Numbered from the stretch's first letter, positions 19,568-29,088 are shown. The stretch is DNA of 64,000 nucleotides from Candidatus Woesebacteria bacterium (GCA_040006915.1 JBDTWD010000002.1:42613-106612), one strand, 5' to 3'. Notes: generated from the letters alone by a model not told the origin. Program-made: numbers and translations.

Positions 19568-20275
19568 CTAGATCTCTACTACTTCTTGATCTCGCACCCG
19601 TCGTATTTGTATCCACTCTTGCCACCATTCTTCGGCAGATTCTTTTTTTAAGATCTCCTGCCAGTCCTTCTTCCAATCAGGAATCAAAGTATCTGGGTCT
19701 GTTTCCCAGGTCGTCAGAAAAGTATTTACTTTCTTCAGAAGCCGTTTTAACCTTCTTTGGTACAAATCTACTCTACCGTCGCGATACTCTTTTTCTTTCT
19801 GCTCTTCTGTTTTTTCTGGACGGGCAACGATTCCCAGTTGTTCATAAAAATAGGCCAACATATCTATCAGGACTGCCTCATTTCTAACTTGGTCTGCCGC
19901 AATCTGCCACTCTGTCTTAAATGGCTTTCCAAAAAATATTTTCGTCGGATCTGAAGGGTTGTTTGGCATTCGAGTGGTATACGGATAGGGGTCCAAACGC
20001 GTTTTGTCCGGATTCCACCCCTGCTGGGAGCGAATATGAACATTTGGATCAAAGTTTCCTTCTTGGGCAATTCTAATATTGAAGTGTTGCTTCTCAGCCA
20101 TCTCCAGATTGATGAGGTGAACAATACCAAGAAAGTCTGTTTCATCAAAAAAACGTAAACGCTCATTTAGATCTGTCAGGTTATATCGATCAGGTGTTTT
20201 CGTCGCAATAGGGTCTGTGGGATCTCCAGACCAAATCTTAACAACCCCATTTCCACGGCTTTCAATGCGTTTCAT
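19568..20275 (-). CDS. Hypothetical protein, 235 aa, Trp-rich C-terminus
   Basis: Clean ORF between tdk and the HD-dNK-kinase operon. No motif recognised. Confidence 0.5.
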   Translation of the reverse strand: MKRIESRGNGVVKIWSGDPTDPIATKTPDRYNLTDLNERLRFFDETDFLGIVHLINLEMAEKQHFNIRIAQEGNFDPNVHIRSQQGWNPDKTRLDPYPYTTRMPNNPSDPTKIFFGKPFKTEWQIAADQVRNEAVLIDMLAYFYEQLGIVARPEKTEEQKEKEYRDGRVDLYQRRLKRLLKKVNTFLTTWETDPDTLIPDWKKDWQEILKKESAEEWWQEWIQIRRVRDQEVVEI

Positions 20276-20329
20276 AGTCCCATATTATATCATGAAGGGT
20301 CTTAAGAAGAATTGTCGTGACGGGTATAG

Positions 20330-20887
20330 TCATTTGACACGTCCTTGTGCCAGTTCTCGCCAGCAAGCCTGACAGCACGCACCATACAGCTCTGCTCCCC
20401 CAATAACCAGATACTCATCCATTTTTTTCTTTCTATACGAATGTTTGGCAGGTTTTCCACACCCATCACAGATGGCCTGAAGGGAAAGAACAGAATCTGC
20501 TTTGGCAATCAGCGATAAAGTTGCCCCAAAAGGGTTTTTAGCAAAGTCATAGGAGAGACCGTACCCAAAAACTTCAATGTTTTTCGCACGAACCGCCTCG
20601 ATCTGAGGGGAAAGCGAATCGAAATCAAAAAAATTCAGTTCGTCAATAAAAATAGCTTGGGTATTACCAGCCAAAGAAGAAAGCAAATCGGGACAATCTT
20701 GATCGATAAGGATCGCGGGTATTTGTTCTCCAGTGTGTGATACGACCGCCTGTTTACTGTATCTCACATCAATCTTTGGTTTGAATATTCGGATTCTATC
20801 AGCTGGATAACGTGATGCAGCAGACAGCAACGCTGTAGTTTTCCCGGCAAACATCGGGCCCGTTACGATCATCAATTTACCAATCAT
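20330..20887 (-). CDS. tdk: Thymidine kinase
   Basis: IVTGPMFAGKTTALL P-loop, IFIDELNFF, and a C-terminal zinc ribbon CDGCGKPAKHS...CCQAC. Typical TK1-type. Confidence 0.95.
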   Translation of the reverse strand: MIGKLMIVTGPMFAGKTTALLSAASRYPADRIRIFKPKIDVRYSKQAVVSHTGEQIPAILIDQDCPDLLSSLAGNTQAIFIDELNFFDFDSLSPQIEAVRAKNIEVFGYGLSYDFAKNPFGATLSLIAKADSVLSLQAICDGCGKPAKHSYRKKKMDEYLVIGGAELYGACCQACWRELAQGRVK

Positions 20888-21194
20888 AAGATCCTGAATC
20901 TAGAGAGTCATGTACCGAAGTCGCAAGAATATAGCTTGCTGGTAAATCACCTAAATGAATACATTCTTTCTCTTTGTTTTTCGGGATATACACAAACATA
21001 TTATTTATGATAAATACACATCCAAAGTCTAAAGGGCGTGGTTTTTCTTCCTGGGGAAGAGAAACAATATGATCAATAATAGCTTGTTGTTGGTCAACGC
21101 TACACTTCGCAAACGCTATTCGTTGTTTATTGCTTTCTGTGTTCATTGATTTGGTCGCGTAATTTTTTCGCCTCTGCACCAGGATTTTGTGCAA
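20877..21194 (-). CDS. Small hypothetical protein (105 aa, or ~89 aa from an internal Met)
   Basis: Fills the 239-nt gap between pyrF and tdk. Overlaps the tdk start by 11 nt and the pyrF end. No motif. Confidence 0.3.
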   Translation of the reverse strand: MHKILVQRRKNYATKSMNTESNKQRIAFAKCSVDQQQAIIDHIVSLPQEEKPRPLDFGCVFIINNMFVYIPKNKEKECIHLGDLPASYILATSVHDSLDSGSYDW

Positions 21195-21954
21195 ATATCA
21201 CCGCTCGAGAAGAACTGATGATCATCCCCTCTGTTGCAGTATTCATTCCCGCTTTCACAGTTTTTTCTATATCCCCTCCCTGCGCCCCAATGCCAGGGAT
21301 CAAAAATGTCATATCTCCGACAATCTTTCGAATCACCTCTGATTCTTTTGGATACGTGGCACCAACGACCAACATGCAGTTATGGTTTGTGTTCCATTTT
21401 GCGCTAACGTGTTTTGCAACCACTTGCCACAGTGGTTCACCATCAATTCTCAAATCCTGGAATTCGGGAGCACCTGGATTTGAAGTTCGACACAAAATAA
21501 TACTGACTTTATCTTTTCGATCTAAAAATGGCTGGAGAGCTTCTTGTCCTAAATATGGATGCAACGTCACTGCATCAAACCCATACCAGTCAAAAATACT
21601 GGTCACGTACCCATCGTTGGTATTGCCGATATCAGCACGTTTGGCATCCAGAATAGTAAAAATATCTGGATGCTTGTCTTGCAAGTACTCCATAGTTATT
21701 TTTAACTCTTTTACTCCCTGGTCTCCTCTGGCCTCATAGAAAGCTGCATTCGGTTTGTAACTACTCACAAAGGTGTGGGTTTGTTCAATGAGCCATTGAT
21801 TAAAAGCAAATTGGGGATACGCTTCCGACAAAAAACGTTCAGGGATTTTTTTTACATCACTATCCAATCCGACGCAAAGAACTGAGTTCACTTTTCGGAT
21901 GCGATCATTCAATTTTTCTTGCCCATTCATAACGGCTACCCTTTCTTTTCTCAC
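21127..21954 (-). CDS. pyrF: Orotidine-5'-phosphate decarboxylase
   Basis: LCVGLDSD...ILDAKRADIGNT...ILCRTSNPG are OMP decarboxylase motifs. Confidence 0.9.
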   Translation of the reverse strand: MRKERVAVMNGQEKLNDRIRKVNSVLCVGLDSDVKKIPERFLSEAYPQFAFNQWLIEQTHTFVSSYKPNAAFYEARGDQGVKELKITMEYLQDKHPDIFTILDAKRADIGNTNDGYVTSIFDWYGFDAVTLHPYLGQEALQPFLDRKDKVSIILCRTSNPGAPEFQDLRIDGEPLWQVVAKHVSAKWNTNHNCMLVVGATYPKESEVIRKIVGDMTFLIPGIGAQGGDIEKTVKAGMNTATEGMIISSSRAVIFAQNPGAEAKKLRDQINEHRKQ

Positions 21955-21977
21955 TTCTACTATACTACCATCACTCT

Positions 21978-22769
21978 ATGCAAAATTTTCTCTGTGTGGG
22001 ATTTGCTACAGTCGATACCATAAATGGCAGACGTTTCCCTGGTGGAGCTGCTGGCGGAATGAGTATCAATAGCAAAAAACTAGGAATAAATAGCAGTTTG
22101 TTAGCGCCGCTCTCTTCCGACGAGCTGGGATTGTGGTACAGAAAGATACTAGAAGACAGAAATGTATCTTTGTCTTTGTGTGAATTTGACTCTCCGTCAA
22201 TCCCAACCTGTTTGATTACTGATGTCCATGCAGCCGGGTCGACGCGGGTATGGAAGGATAACGGAGCAGTCCAGTATCTAGAGACCATGAAAGTTCCTGA
22301 TTCTAAAGTATTAGAACAATTTGATGCCATACTCTTCTGTACTGCTATTCCCCCTTTGAGCACGTCTGTGAGTCTTCAAACCCCAAAAAGAAATCTGTTT
22401 GTTATTCCCGGAACGTATTGTCTATCGCATCCCGAGAGCATCAATCCTTCTATTTTGGAAAAAACGGAGATCATCTTTGGTAACGAAGAGGAAGCCTCTC
22501 CTATTTTTGCAAGCAAACCATTTCAGTATGGAGTACAACTTATTGTCATCACCGCCGGAAAAGATGGAGGCATCGTTTACAGCGCTTCTGGCAAAGAAAC
22601 TCCTTTTTTAGCGGCTACCAGCGAAGCTATCGATACAACAGGTGCAGGCGACTGTTTTGCCTTAGGATTTATCTCCTCCTGGACAAAATCCCATAGTATA
22701 GGAAAATCTATCGAAGCTGGAACCACTCTTGCCTCCCAAGTCATTCAAGTAGAGGGTGTTCTGCTGTAA
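21978..22769 (+). CDS. PfkB-family (ribokinase-like) sugar/nucleoside kinase
   Basis: C-terminal anion-hole motif DTTGAGDCFALGF together with a ribokinase-like N-terminus. Confidence 0.8.
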   Translation: MQNFLCVGFATVDTINGRRFPGGAAGGMSINSKKLGINSSLLAPLSSDELGLWYRKILEDRNVSLSLCEFDSPSIPTCLITDVHAAGSTRVWKDNGAVQYLETMKVPDSKVLEQFDAILFCTAIPPLSTSVSLQTPKRNLFVIPGTYCLSHPESINPSILEKTEIIFGNEEEASPIFASKPFQYGVQLIVITAGKDGGIVYSASGKETPFLAATSEAIDTTGAGDCFALGFISSWTKSHSIGKSIEAGTTLASQVIQVEGVLL

Positions 22770-22772
22770 GTT

Positions 22773-23513
22773 ATGTCGACCCGTTCTGAAACACCCACCT
22801 TCATTTTTGATATCGATCAAACCCTAGCTGGTGGCTTGATGCTTCTCCATCTTCAACACTACAACCGCAGTTTGAGTCTTGAGATGAGTGAAGCAGAAAT
22901 TCTAGAAGCATCACAGACCTACGCCAAAACGTTTGATGTTCCCCAAATCATCGACTACCGAAAAGAAAATGAAGAGAAATTCCAGAACGAGCGTGCATAC
23001 TTGCGCACCTCACCAGACTTGCATAGAGCCTTAGCTCCAATTGACGGAGCCAAAGCCGGAATAGATATGCTTTCCGCATATGCAAGCGATATTCGTTACT
23101 ACAGTGTTCGTCCACAAGAAGTGACGGAGGCTACCACCGATTGGCTACATGTGCATGCATTCATCAGCGCTGCAGAACTTGTTATTTGCGTTTCTCCTAA
23201 AGATAAACTTGAACGGGTGGTAGAGATCGCTACAAAAAAAGGAACCCAAGTCGTTTTAATTGATGACAGTTTGAAGGATCTTTTGAATGCTGCTGTAGAA
23301 CTCGCTGCCGAAGCTTCACCACTCGTCAATGACTTCTCACAGCTTACGCTCGTCGGTTTTGGCTACGATGATCCGGCTGTGCAAGAACTGCTTGCAAACC
23401 GAGGAGAAAGCATTGGAATCGAAGTGTGCGCACTCCCTTCCTGGGAGACTGGAGCCGTCATGGGCTTAATTGCAAAGCTGCAATTCGTCCCCATACCGGC
23501 TAAACGCAGCTAA
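22773..23513 (+). CDS. HAD-superfamily hydrolase (possible nucleotidase)
   Basis: Motif I FIFDIDQTL (DxDxT) and motif IV VVLIDDSLKD. Confidence 0.65.
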   Translation: MSTRSETPTFIFDIDQTLAGGLMLLHLQHYNRSLSLEMSEAEILEASQTYAKTFDVPQIIDYRKENEEKFQNERAYLRTSPDLHRALAPIDGAKAGIDMLSAYASDIRYYSVRPQEVTEATTDWLHVHAFISAAELVICVSPKDKLERVVEIATKKGTQVVLIDDSLKDLLNAAVELAAEASPLVNDFSQLTLVGFGYDDPAVQELLANRGESIGIEVCALPSWETGAVMGLIAKLQFVPIPAKRS

Positions 23514-23516
23514 TCG

Positions 23517-24158
23517 TTAGAATCCGTGTTTGGCAGCCCACCCGTGCGGATCCTCAAGCCATTCTTTGATTTTTGCGACTTCATCTTTCGTCACCAGTGA
23601 TCGTTTTAGGGCTTGTTCCAAAATGATGGGGAAAGTAGTTAAAGTCAAAAGTCGAACACCCTCGGTAGCAAACGCATCTTCAGCTTCTTTCCAACCATAG
23701 CTGGTGATAGCAAGACACGTATCGACAATCGCGCCAGCTTCTTTGAGTTCATGAACTCCGTGCAAACTTGAGCCAGCAGTCGTAATGTGATCTTCTAAAA
23801 CAGCGGCATGTAATCCTTTTACACTTCCACCTTCAATCTTCTTCTTGGTTCCATGATCTTTTGCAGCTTTTCTAATAATGACTGAAGGTATGCGCATCTC
23901 ATACCCTACAACAGAGCTATGTGGAATACCAGCAGTTTCAATTCCGGCCAAGACATCGATAATGACTTGTTTTTGTGCTATCAAATCTTGCAATCCTTCT
24001 ATCACAATTTTCCAAGCATCCACATGGAATGGAAGTTTCCGATTATCAACATATACTGGAGAAATAATTCCGGATTTAAAAGTAAGTGGCTTGTCTAAAG
24101 CAAATCCGACAGCGCTGATATCAAGTAACGCGTTTGCAACTTTTTCTTGGGTATTCAT
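23517..24158 (-). CDS. pyrE: Orotate phosphoribosyltransferase
   Basis: FKSGIISPVYVDNR...AGIETAGIP...AAVLEDHITTAGSS match the OPRTase motifs. Confidence 0.9.
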   Translation of the reverse strand: MNTQEKVANALLDISAVGFALDKPLTFKSGIISPVYVDNRKLPFHVDAWKIVIEGLQDLIAQKQVIIDVLAGIETAGIPHSSVVGYEMRIPSVIIRKAAKDHGTKKKIEGGSVKGLHAAVLEDHITTAGSSLHGVHELKEAGAIVDTCLAITSYGWKEAEDAFATEGVRLLTLTTFPIILEQALKRSLVTKDEVAKIKEWLEDPHGWAAKHGF

Positions 24159-24179
24159 ACCTCATCCTTTCCAATGTAA

Positions 24180-24929
24180 TTATAAAGGTCTCGTTTGCAT
24201 TTCTTCTTCTATAGTACACAATGTTTCCTGTACAGACTGAAACGTCCGTTTTTGCTGTAATCCTACAGGATATAAAAATGACATATAGCGCTCTTGTATA
24301 TGAGCCTGTGTACAGTTCTTTAAAAAGAAAGCATACATCCGCACCCAGAAGCTGCTGATAAACTCAGACAGTTCTTGGCTGGTGAAAATAAGAGTTGTAT
24401 CATCTTGTAAAAGTTGATCTGGAGTAAAGGAAAGATAATCTGAAAGAGTAGTTCTCTTGGTATCTACACTCACGTTGTACATATCTTCCAAATCAACTTG
24501 ATATAAACGATTATCTTTACGAGAAAGCATGGCATTCGTCATTCTGCGGTCTTCTAGAAGAATGCCAAACCGCTCATACAAATACCGCATCTGGTCGAAA
24601 CTCTGTTGCGTAAGTGCGAGAAACTCTAGTGGAGAAACCATTCCCTTTTCAACAAGCTCCGAAATTGTATCTCCTTGAATTTTTTCTAGGGTGACTTCTC
24701 CTTTGGTTTTCGTAGCATGAAATAATTCGTCATCGGGAATGATAAGTTGAGGAACAAAGTCACACAGAAGTCCTAAAATAATATGATTCTTGACTCGTTG
24801 ATATGGTGGATGTCCCGCATAGTGTTCATGAAGAGAATATGAATTGGGAGGTTGCTTCAACTTGGCTGGATCGGCCTTAAAATGATAAATTGAATCTTCG
24901 TTCCATCGTGAATTTGTCCAGATTTCCAT
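24180..24929 (-). CDS. Hypothetical protein (249 aa) inside the pyr operon, between pyrD and pyrE
   Basis: Clean ORF with 8-21 nt spacers to its neighbours. It is not PyrK, as it lacks any Fe-S or FAD motif. ILLEDRR...NRLYQVDLEDM weakly resembles a kinase-like catalytic segment. Confidence 0.5.
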   Translation of the reverse strand: MEIWTNSRWNEDSIYHFKADPAKLKQPPNSYSLHEHYAGHPPYQRVKNHIILGLLCDFVPQLIIPDDELFHATKTKGEVTLEKIQGDTISELVEKGMVSPLEFLALTQQSFDQMRYLYERFGILLEDRRMTNAMLSRKDNRLYQVDLEDMYNVSVDTKRTTLSDYLSFTPDQLLQDDTTLIFTSQELSEFISSFWVRMYAFFLKNCTQAHIQERYMSFLYPVGLQQKRTFQSVQETLCTIEEEMQTRPL

Positions 24930-24937
24930 AATAATAA

Positions 24938-25972
24938 TTAACTATTTTTCCAATGCATAGCTAAATGTGGATTGGCAAACACTCCCACTGCTGACTGCAC
25001 GGCATCCACTCCAAGTGCTAGATACTGATCGATATGCTCGGGCTTAGTAACTCCGCCAATTCCAATGATGACAAAATTTTCCATTTCCAGTTCCTGGGAA
25101 AATTTGACCGCATTTTTCGCCTGTTTCAAAGATAAACCACGGACTGCACTTCCTGATACTCCTGCAGTTGGCCGATTGGGAAAAGCTTCTTTCCCATCTT
25201 TGGTAACTATACTCATTGAGTATGTATTGGTCGAAGAGATTCCAGAGATGATTCCTTTTGCTTGTTTTAGAAAAGTCTTTAACGCTTGCTGATTTTGATA
25301 ATATCCAACTTTGACTAACAACTGTTTGTCTCCGATAATATTTTTTACCTCTCCACATAGCCTGAGTGAGATCTCGATATCTTCATAGATCAATCCTTGT
25401 CCCCCATCGGTATTGGGACAAGCTAAATTCAGTTCAAAAATATGAGCAGTGGTCTCATTGGCAAGCAGCGCTAATCGTTTGGCATCCTCTATTAGGCTCT
25501 CACCTGGTTGTGGAGTACACATCAGTGACAGGATCAGTAGTTTCCCTTCAGGTAATTTAGCAACACAAGTTCCCACATCTTCTTGCCAATATTCTGGTTT
25601 AACGGATTGAATCCCAAAACTATTGGCCATCGTAGTCGTTTCAGCCGTATCAAAAGGAGTAAAACTGGCTTGCGCTTTGGGTAGAACGCTTGGATCAGAA
25701 AACTCTCCCTTTATATCAACATACTGCCAATGAGGGAACGCATTCCCACGCCACTCCAATGAACGTACACTTTTATAGGTAAAAATATCGTATCCAAGCG
25801 TACTCAAAAAAAGGATAAATCGAGAATTAACAGTGAGCGGACAGGCTGCAACGCCGAAAGGCGAATGAATGTTAAAACCTAAAAAAGTACGATGAAGATT
25901 AGCTTTGTCGGTATTCCAAAATGGACCGTAGGCAATGTTTTCCTCAAACGTTTTCGTAATGTCATACAACAT
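24938..25972 (-). CDS. pyrD: Dihydroorotate dehydrogenase (class 1-like, soluble)
   Basis: LNLACPNTDGG active-site region and FVIIGIGGV FMN-binding end. Lies in the pyr operon between pyrC and pyrE. Confidence 0.85.
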   Translation of the reverse strand: MLYDITKTFEENIAYGPFWNTDKANLHRTFLGFNIHSPFGVAACPLTVNSRFILFLSTLGYDIFTYKSVRSLEWRGNAFPHWQYVDIKGEFSDPSVLPKAQASFTPFDTAETTTMANSFGIQSVKPEYWQEDVGTCVAKLPEGKLLILSLMCTPQPGESLIEDAKRLALLANETTAHIFELNLACPNTDGGQGLIYEDIEISLRLCGEVKNIIGDKQLLVKVGYYQNQQALKTFLKQAKGIISGISSTNTYSMSIVTKDGKEAFPNRPTAGVSGSAVRGLSLKQAKNAVKFSQELEMENFVIIGIGGVTKPEHIDQYLALGVDAVQSAVGVFANPHLAMHWKNS

Positions 25973-25997
25973 AGGCCTTATTTCTGTTTAAGACGCA

Positions 25998-27023
25998 TCA
26001 ACTGTCGATGACTACTTTTCCCTTATAAACGACTTTTTGTAAAGAGCCAGGCAATTTCCATCCATCAAATGGTGACCAGCCGCACTTGCTCTCATATCCC
26101 TTCTCCCCCACTCTCCACGTCTTTGACATATCTACTTCAATATACGTTTTTGGTTGAGTTGGGATCTTAAAAATCTTCTTGGGATTGGTATAGAGGATAG
26201 TTTTCACTTTCGAGAGTGGAATACGTTTTTCTTGTACTCCTTTGAGAATCAATCCTAAGGCAGTCTCTAAACCTGGTACCCCAAATGGTGGTTTTTCTGA
26301 TTTCTTTTCAGAAAGCGTATGTGGAGCATGATCTGTTTCTACAATATCGATTGTCCCATCACGCAACCCCTGCCAAAGTGCCGCTTGATCTTGAGACGTG
26401 CCCAAGGGGGGTTTCATCATCGCTAAACTTCCTTTGGTTTTTACATCATCAATAGTCATCCATAAATGATGCGGACACACTCCTGCAGTGATTTTTTGTT
26501 TCATTTTTTTTGCTCGTCTGACCAATTCCACTTCTATCGCTTGACTGATATGACAGACATGTAAGCGTCTTCCATAGACATGGGCAAGACCTATAGCAGC
26601 AGCTAGTTCTATCCCTTCTGCATGCACCAAAATCGGCTTTGAACTTTTCCAAGCCTCAAACACCTTCTCCAATAGTTCTAGGTCCTCTAAGAGCATTTCT
26701 CCGGTCGTGTGATTGCAGTACAGCTTTAGGCCAAACACATTAGGATTGTTCCATACTTTGGAAAATTGATCGGTGTTTTTGCCGTTGGTACCAAAATGAA
26801 ATCCAATATCCATTTTAGCAATTTTTTTACTTCGTTTGATTTTATCCTCGAGCGCCTGTTTACTAATTGTTGGCGTCGGATTGTTTGGCATGTCAATAAT
26901 AAAAGTAAATCCACCTGCTAGAGCCGCCATACTCCCACTTTCAAAATCCTCTTTATGGGTGGCTCCTGGATCGCGTAAATGCACGTGAACATCAATTAAG
27001 CCGGGAAGACGAAACTTTTTCAT
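25998..27023 (-). CDS. pyrC: Dihydroorotase
   Basis: GLIDVHVHLRDPG metal-binding HxH, and VETDHAPH. Amidohydrolase fold. Confidence 0.9.
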   Translation of the reverse strand: MKKFRLPGLIDVHVHLRDPGATHKEDFESGSMAALAGGFTFIIDMPNNPTPTISKQALEDKIKRSKKIAKMDIGFHFGTNGKNTDQFSKVWNNPNVFGLKLYCNHTTGEMLLEDLELLEKVFEAWKSSKPILVHAEGIELAAAIGLAHVYGRRLHVCHISQAIEVELVRRAKKMKQKITAGVCPHHLWMTIDDVKTKGSLAMMKPPLGTSQDQAALWQGLRDGTIDIVETDHAPHTLSEKKSEKPPFGVPGLETALGLILKGVQEKRIPLSKVKTILYTNPKKIFKIPTQPKTYIEVDMSKTWRVGEKGYESKCGWSPFDGWKLPGSLQKVVYKGKVVIDS

Positions 27024-27040
27024 AGAATCTCTTTCTGTAG

Positions 27041-27979
27041 TTAGATATCTTTTTTTAATACCAAAGCCAACAACGCCATACGCACGTACATGCCGTTTTT
27101 CATTTGTTCACTAATATACAAGGCGCGTTTGTCTGTATCAACTTCTGGCGAAATTTCCCCCACTCTGGGAAGGGGATGCATGATAATCGACTTCTTTTTC
27201 AAATCTCGAAGTAAAGTCGGGGTGATGACGTAATGATGTTTTAATTTCTCATACGTATCTAAATCCGAAAACCGTTCTTTTTGAACTCGGGTTACATACA
27301 ACACATCCGTGGTTGGCAATACTTCTTCGAGTCTATCGCCTTCAAAAAGAGAGACTCCTTTTTTTTGAATCATTTTTTTTAAACTGTCAGGCAGCCTTAA
27401 AATGTCAGGGGAAATAAAGTTGTAATGAATCTTTGGATACAGTGACAGTAATTTGGAAAGCGAATGAATTGTTCGTCCATTGAGCAAATCTCCAACCATG
27501 GTGACATGAAGACCATCAATTTTGGAGAAATTGTTTTGAATGGTAAAAAAATCTAACAGTGCTTGAGTTGGATGCTCTCCCACTCCATCTCCGGCATTGA
27601 TCAATGGTTTGACCATAGAATCAGCCGCAATTTTTGCTGATCCTACTTCTGGATGACGCAAGACCACAACATCAGAATAACTTTCAAAGGTTCGCACCGT
27701 GTCTGCTAACGTCTCGCCTTTCGTCACTGATGAAAACTGTACGCCTTGAATGGGTATGATTCCTCCCCCTAGTCTTTGCATGGCACTGATAAATGAGGCA
27801 TAGGTTCGACTCGACGGCTCGTAAAACAGCGCAGTCATGAGCTTCCCTTTTAAGAGATCGCTACTCCCTTTCTTCTCTACAATCTTCTGCATTTTCCTCG
27901 CTATCTTCATTACCAAATCAACTGTTTTCTTATCAAATTGTTCTGCCGTTAGAATATCCTCACCAAAAAGAGCATTCAT
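27041..27979 (-). CDS. pyrB: Aspartate carbamoyltransferase catalytic subunit
   Basis: FYEPSSRTYASF (STRT motif), HPTQALLD (HPxQ), and a HPLPRV-like C-terminus. Confidence 0.95.
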   Translation of the reverse strand: MNALFGEDILTAEQFDKKTVDLVMKIARKMQKIVEKKGSSDLLKGKLMTALFYEPSSRTYASFISAMQRLGGGIIPIQGVQFSSVTKGETLADTVRTFESYSDVVVLRHPEVGSAKIAADSMVKPLINAGDGVGEHPTQALLDFFTIQNNFSKIDGLHVTMVGDLLNGRTIHSLSKLLSLYPKIHYNFISPDILRLPDSLKKMIQKKGVSLFEGDRLEEVLPTTDVLYVTRVQKERFSDLDTYEKLKHHYVITPTLLRDLKKKSIIMHPLPRVGEISPEVDTDKRALYISEQMKNGMYVRMALLALVLKKDI

Positions 27980-28257
27980 AATGTAATCGGATAATACCCG
28001 GTTAAGGTTTTCAGACAGAGTTCTTTGGTTTGTTTATAAATGAAAACATTCTCGCGAAAGAAGGGCGGTGTTCCTCGGCAAAATCGAATGTCATGCGTAC
28101 AGAGTACCTGCCACATCGCTTCAGATATTGGTTCCCAAGGACTGCGAACCTCAGTTCTCTGCACAACCTTTATTTCAGGTTCATCATCATTGCGTCGCCA
28201 ATCATGTTCAATCATAGAATTACTCCGTTCCAAAATATCGGTCTCCATAATCTCCAA
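27976..28257 (-). CDS. Small ORF (93 aa) in the 240-nt upp-pyrB spacer. It could instead be an untranslated leader.
   Basis: Overlaps the pyrB start by 4 nt and the upp end by 38 nt. No motif. Confidence 0.25.
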   Translation of the reverse strand: MEIMETDILERSNSMIEHDWRRNDDEPEIKVVQRTEVRSPWEPISEAMWQVLCTHDIRFCRGTPPFFRENVFIYKQTKELCLKTLTGYYPITL

Positions 28258-28858
28258 GACCAGGGACTATATATTTTTTGTCATTTAGGTGAGAATCGAG
28301 GGCTGCAAGAAAGATCTTAATCTCCGGAAATTCACTATGAATAGCCTGTACTCCTTCGGGTGCTCCAATCACACAAACAACTCGGATCTCTTTGGGATTT
28401 TCGGTACTCAAGCGTCGAAGCAAATGGAGGATTGACCCACCAGTCGCAAGCATTGGGTCGGTAACAATCACGACACTGTGATCATCAATCTCTGGAAGTT
28501 TCCAATAATATTCACTCGCAATTGCGGTTTTTTCATCACGTGCCATACCAACAAATCCGATTGTAGACTTAGGCAATAACTTCATCGCTCCAGGCAGCAT
28601 CGCCAGTCCAGAGCGTAATACCGGAATTATGACTACTTCATCAACTAGTTTCTTTGTGGTCATTTTTTCTAATGGAGTTTCAATTTCAACATCCTTCATC
28701 GCCAAATTTTGGATTGCACTAATAAATAGTTGTTCACAGATCTTATCCGAATGATGACGAAACTTTTGAATCTCTGTGCGTTTATCACGCAAGTGACTCA
28801 AAGAGTCTGTTATCAGAGGGTTGTTATCAACAATGTAGAGGTTCTCCATGTTATTCAT
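28220..28858 (-). CDS. upp: Uracil phosphoribosyltransferase
   Basis: IIPVLRSGLAM, VTDPMLATGGS and IVPGLGDYGDRYFGT align with Upp and not with PyrR. Confidence 0.9.
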   Translation of the reverse strand: MNNMENLYIVDNNPLITDSLSHLRDKRTEIQKFRHHSDKICEQLFISAIQNLAMKDVEIETPLEKMTTKKLVDEVVIIPVLRSGLAMLPGAMKLLPKSTIGFVGMARDEKTAIASEYYWKLPEIDDHSVVIVTDPMLATGGSILHLLRRLSTENPKEIRVVCVIGAPEGVQAIHSEFPEIKIFLAALDSHLNDKKYIVPGLGDYGDRYFGTE

Positions 28859-28887
28859 AGTGAGTATGGTTTATAGATAAAAATGGG

Positions 28888-28909
28888 CAAAAAAAATCCC
28901 CGATGTGGG
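28888..28909 (-). terminator. Intrinsic-terminator-like hairpin CCCCACAUCGGGG followed by a U9 run on the minus strand, only ~30 nt upstream of the upp start. Candidate attenuator.
   Basis: GC stem of 4 bp with a 5-nt loop plus T9, read from the sequence. Its position between the tmk-operon end and the upp-pyrBCDE start suggests attenuation. Confidence 0.45.
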
Positions 28910-29052
28910 GAGTAACAAGAAAAAAACCAAGAATTTGGTTTTTGTATTTGAGGATAATAGTCAAAAAAAAACTAGTGGTAGGCACTAGAATAGTACTATA
29001 CAGATAGGTATATGTGAGACGCAAGCAGCAATTTGTTTCGTATCTGTGAAAA

Positions 29053-29076
29053 GGGACAGATATTTATCTCTGTCCC
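29053..29076 (-). terminator. Rho-independent terminator of the fic-tmk operon (8-bp stem GGGACAGA / TCTGTCCC, 8-nt loop, followed by TTTTC on the minus strand)
   Basis: Perfect 8-bp stem lying 13 nt downstream of the last minus-strand ORF. Confidence 0.5.
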
Positions 29077-29088
29077 TCCTCTTCTAGC

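Noticed and set aside
27980-28219. Possible PyrR-binding attenuator or pyrI-like regulatory gene in the upp-pyrB spacer
   Set aside because: The neighbouring gene is clearly upp and not pyrR. The 93-aa ORF has no PyrI zinc motif, and I could not recognise a conserved PyrR-binding loop by eye. It is kept only as a low-confidence small ORF.
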